From Lingula anatina (taxonomy: Eukaryota > Animalia > Brachiopoda), in assembly GCA_051362555.1 (NCBI GenBank), contig CM120640.1:7750001-7814000 (forward strand): 64,000 nt of DNA, written 5' to 3'. A model generated the notes under the pieces. It did not search any database. It had not been told where the DNA came from and saw only the letters and a list, made by a program, of their open reading frames with translations. Below, in pieces: positions 25,981 to 36,000 of this stretch. Position 1 is the first letter of the stretch; the number at the start of each line of letters is the position of its first letter. The translations under genes and the position numbers were made by a program.

Positions 25981-28900
25981 GATTTCAGGTATATGTATGA
26001 CTTATCCCTCATCATTTTACAACAATCTCAGATGATATTTTAACACATACAAATTTTTATTTTGTAATGTGAGATCTTTTTAAAGATATCTAGCACATGC
26101 ATATATCAACAAGTGAGAATATTGGTCAAAACCTATATACTGGTAAAGTAGTTTGGGCCAATATAACAGCTGAAGACTAATCACTATGTCCTCATGTCTG
26201 AAACAGCTTTAATCGATGAAAACGAAAACTTCATTTATTTTCAGATTATCTCATGCAAACACATTTAATTTTGGTGCTAAATCTCCTTATCAGTTGGTGC
26301 CGAGACTTTGAGAGTTGATTAAACAATGTTACATGATTTAAAAGCTCGAGTCCCTCGTTCGATTTTGAATGTTAGTTATAATGGCATTTATGCACTATAG
26401 TAAGGGAAAGTTTTGAAATAAATTTGTTTGGTTAATCAGTGAAGTTCCTAAGATGCTTGAGAGTAAATGTAATGTTCAAGAAAATCATATTGATAATCCA
26501 GGTGTTTCAAGCAGTATGTTTTTCTGCAACTGCACGATCCCACAAATATAGTTAACTAAGAAAAATTTGGATTGGCACGTTTTAATACTTCATAGAGAAT
26601 TCTGACTGTAGGCCTGTTTGTCTACCATCAAGTTTATGTGTTGTTGTTTATAAGTACATTTAAGCTTTTTTTTACTAGTATAGTTAATTGTAGTTGGAGA
26701 ATGCATATCCTTGCCATGAAAAAAAGTTAAAGTATCATATGTATGTTAATTCCATGGCAGGATATGCATTCTCAGATTAAATCAAACCAACAACATCAGG
26801 GCCCCTTATTAACTAGTTAAAAGTCCCCCTAGCCTTGTCTGACCTGACCTTAGATCTAACTTGTTTAACTTGTACCAGCTACTGGTACATGTAGTAGACA
26901 GATATTGTCTGTTATAATTTATTGAAGGCTGATATATAGACTGGACAACTAGAGGTAAAGGTGACATTGATCCATTTGTCTGCTGACATTGTTTTCAAGT
27001 CATCTCACATAAGATTTCTCTAATGTACCTGTAGTTTTCTTCTGAAATGTAGGTTTCCTTCAGACATCACCAGAATGTTAATATTAACCCAGTATTTCTT
27101 ATGAATTTATCAGCTTTAGTCAGTCTGGAATATCATTCTGTTTTGTTAACTTTATTTCTTTATGCTATCATGAATTTATACAGGTGAACTTTCAAACGAA
27201 ATGGATCAATATGATTGGTATCACTTCACAACAGTTTACACACCACATCATGGCTGCCATACCAGTATTCTTGCATATATGTTCATCTTGATTTTGGAGA
27301 AAAGTGTATTGATCTGTGTTAATTGTGTGCATCTTTCTGCTAGTGTACCTCTGGAGCAGGTTGCTTCCTTTGTAATTGTGATATTGTGTTATTTATGTGA
27401 TAGTCACAATTGTATGTGCTGGTATGTACATGTAAACTGAATGTTTAAACATTAAATTCTTCCTATATATGTGCCATCTTTGCAACTTTCATAAATAATC
27501 AATTTGTAAACAAAATGCCATGTGAAATGGATCTGTGGTCTCAATTACTAAAAACAATTATTATAAACTAGAATATTTTATTTTTCATTAGGCTTTAAGG
27601 GCATTTGGGCAAGCGGACTTTCCATTTCTGCTCAGTGGTGCATCAGAGACAGCAATGAAGCCTCGTGGACCCAAGTTCTTGACTTGATAGAATTCATGAG
27701 TGATGCGACAGACATTCCAATCTTGCTTGATGCTGACACTGGCTATGGCAACTTTAATAATGCAAGGAGACTAGTTCAGAAGTTGGAATCTAGGGCAATA
27801 GCAGGTTTATGATATTTTTAAGAAGAAATAACTAATGCTTGTGTAAAAAGAACATGAGTGAATGAGGTTTATCACATGAAAGTGATTAACTTTTTTCCTT
27901 TTATTATCTTTTCACCTTTCCCCCCTTCATTTACTCTTACTTGCATTAAAAATTATTTCTTTCATATATGAACTGCCTGTCCTCTCTTAACTTATTGGTT
28001 TAAGTGTGATTGAGTGAGGTAACGATTTACTGCAATTAACCACATGTTAATTAAATTTTGGCAAGAAATTAATTTTTATGTAAAAGAATTATTAGAGGTA
28101 TTTTAATTGAGTCCTATGTTGACTGTCTTGAAGTGTTGGGGGAAAAAACAAAGTGAGAAGCAAATTTTTCTCAGGGACATTATTTTCATATTTAAAGTAT
28201 AGTAATGTGTATAGTAATGTGACTTTCGTGTAATAAAAAATTGAATTAATAATTAGTATAATCTTTTCAGTTGATTGCAAATGGTATTACACGTGTTACA
28301 TGTGTCCCAATTAAAATGTCTGATATTCACTTAATAATATGTTAGAAAGGTTCAATTTTTGTGTAAACGGACCATTGCTTATTGCATACTGGGGATGTGT
28401 GTGTGTATGCTCTGTATCTATATGTAACAAGTATATCATGTTACTAGTAAACATATGAATTTTATATGATACAGGTGCCTGCATGGAAGACAAGGTCTTT
28501 CCAAAGACAAACTCACTTCATGAAGGTAGAATGCAACCACTGGCAGATATGGAAGAATTTGCATTAAAAATTAAGGTGGAATAATATTATTTTCATATTC
28601 ATTAATAAGTAAAGGTTGTATTGATAAGGTGATAATTTTTCAAAGTTTTCCTAGTGTCTTGTTATTCGATCAGTAAGAGTAATTTAATGACTTATTACTC
28701 TATCTTTCTATGGAAAAGGCTTGTAAAGAAGTCCAAAAAGATCCAGACTTTTGCATAGTGGCCAGAGTGGAAGCTTTTATTGCAGGCTGGGGACTTGATG
28801 AGGCACTCCGCAGGGCAGAAACCTACAGAAATGCAGGTACTTTAGAGAAATGTCACTCTTGACATACCCATATTTTGTCAATCATGCATCCTCAAAACTT

Positions 28901-30958
28901 AAAACATTAAAGATTTATTTAAGACTATTTTGTTATATATCTATTTGTCTCTTTTGTTATTTTATATAAATAGCATAAGACATCATTTTTTAGTCTAGCT
29001 GTTTGATAACTGATAACTGGAAAAATGGAATTAAATATGAACAGTTTTTAAAATCAGCATGGAACAAGTTCATTTTGTTAGTATGCACATGTATAAATGA
29101 TATGCAATATCACAGGAGCTGATGCCATCTTGATGCACAGTAAGAAGAAAGATCCATCAGAAATTGAAGCTTTCATGAGGGCATGGAAAAATCAGGTGAA
29201 TTTGTCAGTTAGACGTGGTTTAGAGTGCAGATTTCAAGTGCACACTTTTGAAATAATATATGCTTTAGTATGCGTGTACATGTGTGACTGGCAAAAAGAA
29301 ATGAAATTTTTGAATGCTAAGTACTACATTTTAATATCTTTACCATAACAAGGTTGTTTTATTGGTGCTTTTTCACATCACTAGCTTTTGTTTATTTAGA
29401 GACGGTCAAACCTTCTTTTCCCAGTTTCATCTTTTAGTACTCTCTTATTCAGCTCAGTCAAAAGACAGAAATTGACTGTATTTAAATGTTTATGATGAAA
29501 TGCAACAAATGTTATTGCAAAACCTGTTTTATAAACCAGATGTGAAGAATCTCAAAACAATGATCACTTCCAAAACAACTCGCAACTGCTGTTTAAGTAA
29601 TGCACATGCTGGCAAATGATTTTCACCAGCCTATATGCATGTCTACCAGCACTTAAATGGAAATAATGAAAAGGTCACTATAGTTAATTTACTAACCTGA
29701 GATGAAATTTTAAAAAAACTTGTACATGCTACATTGTAAAGTAAACCTAACAAACCAAAAGATGAACACTGAAGGAATGATATGACTATCCTGCAACCCC
29801 CTTCCCCCTTACATATACTATAACTTGGTTTACAAAAATAACCTTTCACTGACAGCCATAAAAAATCTAGAGAGAAAAGATGCCTGAAACTCCCACTTCA
29901 GTGTCAATATTGCCAGTGTTTTGTCTAAGTGTTGCATATGTATGTTGAATAAGTCAAATGTGCAATAATCGCTTTGATTATGTGGCACATAGTGTATTTT
30001 ATATTAAAACTGCTTCCTAATGCCACACTTATTATGTACACTGACAGTACTACTGCTGTATTAAATAGCCATGCATGCCTTTGATATTTCATAGTGCCAA
30101 TTCAAACTTACATGTATTTTTCATCTGTACCAGTGCATGATAATGATTGAAATTGCAAATTGACACTCAGTATTTTTGCATAGACATTTTTTCCTTGAGA
30201 ATCAACCCATGCCTTTTTTGAAGGCTTTCTAGTTTATATTTACTGTTAATAGGTATATTAATTATATTTCAGGGTCCAGTCGTGATCGTACCAACCAACT
30301 ATTATAGCACATCCACTGACTATTTTAATGACTTGGGCATTTCTATGGTCATATGGGCTAATCACAATTTAAGAGCAGCATTAACTGCGATAAAACACAC
30401 ATCTCAGCAGATTTATGAAGAGAAGTCATTGAAAAATGTAGAGCAAAAGGTAGTATGTATTTAAATGCAAACCATCTATAAGATATCCCATTTTGCAATT
30501 GACTTGACTGCCTAAGACTTAATTATAGCTACTAACCACAAACTGTTGTAAATAAAAGAAGAAATCTAGAGTACATTGTGTGACTGTTGAAGTCCAAAGT
30601 GTACGGATGAAAGCTTTCCAGATATGCTTTCAGCTAGATTGTGTAGAAATGGATACAGTTTTAAATTTCATTATGAAAAATTGTGATGGTTTTATGTAAT
30701 TATCTTTTCTGGAAGACCTTCAAAATTTGTTATGCTATATGAAAAAAATGTTAGATGTATTAATTAAGACAGCTATGTTTAAGGAATTACTTACACACAA
30801 ATGGAACATTTGAGAATTGCGTTTATTAAACTGTATGTTGTGTGATTTCAATTTTTCAGATTGCATCTGTGAAAGACATCTTCAAACTTCAAAATGAAGA
30901 TGAGCTAGTGGAGGCTGAAAAAAAGTACCTTCCTGCCCTTCCAAAAGGACAGCTGTAA
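17880..30958 (+). CDS. pepM: Phosphoenolpyruvate phosphomutase (C-P bond forming), 9 exons, about 341 aa
   Basis: Exons 17880-17937, 24376-24458, 25563-25659, 27592-27804, 28475-28575, 28719-28836, 29116-29195, 30273-30449, 30860-30958 join in frame (1026 nt). Motifs [38 protein letters not shown], diagnostic [10 protein letters not shown] (EDKx5NS), [36 protein letters not shown]; close to the mussel enzyme as recalled. Exons 1-2 are inferred from phase compatibility and splice signals and are less certain. Confidence 0.93.
18604..18649. repeat. (TA)n microsatellite
   Basis: Pure TA run adjoining MITE copy 2. Confidence 0.95.
18651..18817. mobile_element. MITE with CAGG termini and 5-bp target duplication (copy 2)
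   Basis: TIRs CAGGCCCGTAGCCAA / CTGGCTAGGGGCCTG, exact ATATG duplication on both sides, internal sequence alignable to 16967-17134. Confidence 0.8.
18936..19127. repeat. Foldback (palindromic) element P1
   Basis: Arms of about 85 bp (GGCTTAGATGTTTGGCACGCCTACTGAA vs TTCAGTAGGCATGCCAGACATCTAAGCC) around the loop GATAGTTAATTACCC. Confidence 0.8.
19210..19446 (-). mobile_element. Short HINE / Helentron-associated element (DINE-1/pearl-like)
   Basis: Subterminal inverted repeats ACCTCCGCCAAGG / CCTTGGCGGAGGT, (ACAA/ACAG)n microsatellite, 3' hairpin region and CTAGTT end. A closely similar copy lies in the opposite orientation at 47128-47371. Confidence 0.8.
19627..24190 (-). mobile_element. Degenerate BEL/Pao LTR retrotransposon, 5'-truncated, antisense in pepM intron 1
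   Basis: Gag [20 protein letters not shown] (DUF1759-like), three Cys/His knuckles (CFLH..HTTSQC, CFRC..HRRASC, CSYC..HHTLMC), protease [24 protein letters not shown] ([21 protein letters not shown]), Pao RNase H start ([10 protein letters not shown]), DUF5641-like C-terminus ([29 protein letters not shown]). Frameshifts near 23700, 22640 and 21810. A possible 3' LTR remnant (TGT start at 19627, AATAAA on - at about 19682) is uncertain. Confidence 0.92.
22205..22400. repeat. Three approx. 81-bp tandem units inside the BEL polyprotein (encode S[DN]PSKGG)
   Basis: CCCACCCTTAGAAGGGT(C/T)TGA recurs at about 22208, 22289 and 22370. Confidence 0.8.
24238..24296. repeat. (TA)n microsatellite
   Basis: Pure TA run just beyond the BEL truncation point. 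Confidence 0.95.
25072..25240. repeat. Foldback element P2
   Basis: TTTTAGATCGACCTA...CACTAAATTGCAGTCAGC vs GCTGACAGTAATCTAGTG...TAGATCGATCTAAAA, with core CATAGTTAATTACCCC. The right arm aligns to the P1 right arm. Confidence 0.75.
25901..25980. repeat. (TAA)n/(TTA)n inverted microsatellite
   Basis: A TAA run flips into a TTA run at about 25958. Confidence 0.9.
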
Positions 30959-31329
30959 CAAACAGTAATTGTTTGCCTATCCATGATAAATCCATGTGGT
31001 TATTATTAAATCATATGAAGCAGAAGTACAGATTAAGATGAATACATTTGTTAAGTTTACAGTATAGGTCAGCAGGTAGCATTTGGAGGACAATGTGCCA
31101 GTCATGATGAAAACCCCTTTCTCTATATTTATATATAGTCATAGAAGAAGTTTAAAGTTTTTTCATTGTAACGTATGCATCCACCTGGGTGGATGAAAAT
31201 GACAATATAATGTAATTTTAAATGAGTACACATTAAACCAATTAGAAGGTGTATGACTCCTAACTTATTAAAGACAATTATTAAGGCAATTTACTATTAC
31301 TACTACTCAATTGCCAGTAGGTGCAGCAC

Positions 31330-31960
31330 TGTCTTCTAGATCGCTCTTAGCAAAAGGAGAGAAACTTAGCTAATGCAATGAGTGTTTCTTCCTCTTTGGA
31401 TTTCAGTAAACTTCATCAATTGTTCTGAGGCCAAAGTTTGCATAATGTGTTGTAAATACCGGATACAATATAGTTTGCATAGGGGGCACATTCTTAGAAA
31501 GTGTTTTTCCTCGTCAGTTTTGTCTTTAGAGCAGTAACAGCATGTTCTGTTGGACCGAGGAGTGCTAGTATATCTGCCCGTTTCAATGTGGAGCTTATGT
31601 GCACTGGTGCAAAAACAACTTAGGCTTTTTCTATTTTCAGCATTGTGAACAACATCCAGAAATTTTTCTTTTTTAAATGTATTTTTGATTTGGCAATAGA
31701 TTTAGATTTGTCCTCAAGTTCACTGTGCCAGTTTTGTATGATGCGTTTTTTTGAAGGTGCTTAAGAAGTTTTTGTGTGGATTCTGTTCTAACCAGATGCA
31801 TGCATCTCCAAATTCATTTTCAAATAGGAGTTTCATGATACCTTCACTGCATGAGAGGTTATCATCTTTCAGATTTGACAAGCTTTTTGTTGAGAGTAAT
31901 TTGAGAGTCATACGAGTGGGTTAATGTCTTTCCTTTCAGTGATTTTTCAGCCTCTAGCTA
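31330..31960 (-). mobile_element. Decayed non-LTR retrotransposon ORF2 C-terminal fragment (RTE-X/L2-like)
   Basis: The - strand reads IYCQIKNTFKKEKFLDVVHNAENRKSLSCFCTSAHKLHIETGRYTSTPRSNRTCCYCSKDKTDEEKHFLRMCP, matching the HxLxIETGRY...CxxC...HF..CP zinc-knuckle region. Boundaries approximate. Confidence 0.75.
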
Positions 31961-32017
31961 TACTAGGCAATTATTTTAAAAAATGTGGATGGGGCTATTG
32001 GCGTACATTTAGAGCGC

Positions 32018-32213
32018 ATTCAGATGCACACATACTAGCTGGGGCAGTCCAACTATGCGGGAGGGGGGGGGGGATTCTCGCCAAAATGCAATCAATGGAA
32101 TCATCTTGATCAAAACACAATAGTTAATCACCCCTTAGCTGCTCAGACAATTATGTAAGCTGATTCCAGTGATTGCAGAGTTGGAATAGCCCAGCTAGTA
32201 TGTGAATCTGAAT
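32018..32213. repeat. Foldback element P3
   Basis: ATTCAGAT..CACATACTAGCTGGG..TCCAACT and TGCAATCAATGGAATCATCTT pair with AAGCTGATTCCAGTGATTGCA and AGTTGGAATAGCCCAGCTAGTATGTGAATCTGAAT. Core CACAATAGTTAATCACCCCTTAGCTGCT. Confidence 0.75.
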
Positions 32214-33049
32214 ATGTTGTTAGATCATTGGATTGGAATATCTGTACTTGAAGAGCTCTTTATCTTTTAAAATGCGGCTTGAAAAAATTTAGCTGATTCA
32301 GTGCACATTTTTTTCAAATACTTATATACACAATGACCTATGAATAACAAAAGGGTTCATAAACCATTTTCTATGAATTGTAATGAGGTTTATCATTAAT
32401 ATTTATTCTAATAACATGTAATTCTAATTATGATGATCGATTTTAATTGTGGTTGTAGACCAACCATAGAATCTTATTTTTCATTAGGTCTATCATCTAT
32501 AGTGAGCCTGAATTTTTAAAGATTCTATTAAAATATAATTTTTTAAAAAAGCTATGAAGATGGAAGACATTTACCAGTGTGCTTGCTTTTCTTTCAGATG
32601 TTAATTTGTTACATTAGATATAATGGTAATAATATATTCATCATATTCTTTTCCATATTTGCAAAAGAATTTATATTTTCTTGTTATTCCTTGGTTTCCA
32701 CATTTTTATTTTATGAGACATTTTAAATATAAGATGTGTGTATTTATAGTACATGTACCCTGGTAGCAAATAGTTAGCTTGATTAAAATGTCTACTCATT
32801 CTGAAGATTTAACAATTTTCTATCAAGAGTTTGCAAAAATAAATAACAGTTTGTACATTGGGAGGATAAAAACTTACACAGCATGTCAGGGTAAAAAATA
32901 AAGCAAAAGAAACTACAGTTTGCCATAAGATTCGTCTTGAGAGTCAATTTATTTTGAGAACAAAGAAGAAAATGATGATTACATTAGATAACCATTTTAA
33001 TTGAAAGTCTTGAAAGTTTGAGGAAGTGACTTTTTCCTTGGTATCAATA

Positions 33050-36000
33050 TTAGTTTGCAATCCTACAACAGGTGACCACAGCTTTCACACCTTGGTTGGG
33101 CGTGGTCCTATTTCTGCCATTAAATGCTATGCAAAGGCCATTGCCATCACCCGGTGCTATAGGAAAAATAAAGAAATGACATGATTAATCATATGTCTGT
33201 TGTTTATCAATTGTGAAGTCTGTTAATTACATCATTCCTTATTTTCAACTGAAAGGTGTGAAGGCTATTATACAGAAGTGCACTGATCTTGAGTGATCTA
33301 TTTATAATCAACGGTGAAAACTTTCAAATAATTGATATTTGAAGTTGTGCCATGTCGATCTACTTTGTTATTTATTACCTATGTATGCCCCAGCTGTTCC
33401 ACCAAAATCATTGTAGACATTGCATCCTGTGATGGTATACCCAGCATCACAGCTGACAGAAACTTGATCACCCTGATTGTCTCCACTGCGCTCTGACATT
33501 TTGGTGACACACTCCAGGCCACTTGCTTGACAACAGGCACCAGTCCCAACAGATCCTAGAAACATTCATGTGAAAAATATTCAAAACATTGTCTGAGATC
33601 TTGCCTTGACTGATGGCATGATTTAATACTTCATTTTTATTTTAATTTGTGAATATCAAACATGGTTAATGAAGTAAAAGGTAATAGGCAACTGGTATAT
33701 GTCACTACAGGACCAGATCCAGGATTATTTGAAGGGGGGTCCCAAATGACAGGTCTCAGATGCGAAGCCGATCATCGCCCCTTTGTTGGTGCCCAGAAAA
33801 ACTTTTGGTAATTTGGTATAGTTAAGAATTTCAAGAGAGGAATAGTTTTGTGACATATTTTTCAGAAACTGAAGGGGGGTTAGGACACCCCTGACCCCCA
33901 TCTACATCCGCCACTGGACTTCATGTACTAGCATATCAGTAGCTTTTTGTTTTTGCTACTCCATGGGAATTTTTCATTTAAAATGTTGAATATATAGCGC
34001 CAAAACTGACCTCCGTTTTCCCCATCATTTTGTGCTATACACGATGAAGTATTCATATCAGGGAAAGATCCATCAAAGGTCATTCTGTAAGCAAGGCAAG
34101 CGCAACCTAAAATGGACAAAGCATGGGTGATAACATCATGTAGTTGCGTACAGACACCTGTAATATTTTTTATTCATTTTTTATTGAAAGTTTAAATGTT
34201 TGCTCAAGAGGAACTTGATGTTAGTCAATTTATTATTTTTTTTCTGAAGTGTCCATTACATCAAAATGCATGCCAGATAACAATAAAAACTAATATGAAA
34301 AAGAACAGATAAAAAGACTATAAAAATTGTTTGTTAACAATTGCACTGTATCTCATTTAAGTGCTAGTGTAAAGATAGCTGTTCTGTCACCTTTCTGTAA
34401 TTTAAAGTGAGCATTTGTAAGTACCATTTATGGTTCTGGTGTTTAGACTTACCTGTTGGTACTTCGCCTGAGGGGCAAGGAATTGATATTTGTTCATTAT
34501 CGCCGGTGCCCGAAGTTTGTGCTGGGGGGTAGGAGCACTGCAGGTCCACAGGTAGTTTACAGCAGCGGGCAATGGCTTGGACAGGGGCAGTGGAACCGGC
34601 ACTGTTGATAGCCTTGCAAAAGCGTTCTTTGGTTGAGGAATCCCGCCCAAACCTTTCACCATCTCTATATTCTGATTTATCCTGCAATATTACATAACAT
34701 TATATTGATTTTTTATGGTAAAGGGGTATGTTAACTGGGAATTGAATAAAACAGGCATATCTTTCTTTTAATTATTCACCTTATATTATCATTAATATGT
34801 TTTACTCTTATTTTTGTAGTTACAGTAAAAGCTAAACTAAAGATGTTCTGGTAATATATATTACTTTAATCTTTGTCAGACAAAGGCAATTTACTGAAAA
34901 ATGGACAAAATATTTTCTAAATAATACTCACAATAGTTCTTGAGGAACATCCTGTCATGATTTCACCATCATCACATGGAACTGTCACAGTTTCCCCGTT
35001 ACCAACTCCGGATTGTGCAGACCATCTGTTCACACAGCTCAGTCCTGACCCTGCTTGCAAGCTGACATTTGCACCTTCCTTTCCAACTGTGACCATCTTC
35101 TCCAGAACTGTCTCTCCATTGTGCAACACCTTTATGGTGTAGTCCCCCATGAAGGCTGGAGCATAGGAAAGGATTATATAGTCCAGGGATGGTTACACAT
35201 TTTCAAACTTATAGGATCTATACTCTCATCACTAAAAGTGACTGTTATATATAGCTTATAAATACAAAAGATGCCATAAATAATGATAATAATGCCTTCA
35301 TGATTAACTTGTGTAAGAAGTAACTATAAGCCTCTTGAGTTATCTAGACAAAATAAACATTTTAGGCCTATGTGTACAAAATCAAGACACATTATAATTT
35401 GAATAGTCTTCTGTTTTATTGTACCACCAGCGTTAGCGCTGGCGGTACACATGGTTTCGGTCTCGTCCGGATCGTTCCGCCGGCTCCGCCGGCTCCGCCG
35501 GCTCCGCCGGACGGCTACCGTTACCGCTTCTCCTCCTAGACGGTAAGGCCCCCCATACCCATCTCATGGATTTAGGTCACCTATAATCTCAACTCGTTCC
35601 ACGTAAAATTTGGGCTTTGTCGGTATTGGGGTCTGGGTGTGGCACTCATTGCAATGCACCCTTGTCCAAAAATGGCAAAATTAAATGCTAATTATCTACC
35701 CTACGGAAGGAGTTACGGGAAAAATTTCTACAGACGGCTTTCCAAAAGTCATATGTGTAGATTTCAAATATACCCTCGGATTTGACCTTCGACCTTTACT
35801 TCAAGGTCAAATGGGCCAAAATTTTCAAAAAAATGAAATTTTTTACGAAAAAAAAATTTTTTGCCCTGTTATTCAGACACCACACAGACTTAACCAATAA
35901 TATTATTGGAAAGTGTTACCCTTCAGGTCATCTTTCATCTCCGTGAATTTGGGGTCAATCGGTGCATTTTCACAGGAGTAGCGGCCATAAGATACCGAAA

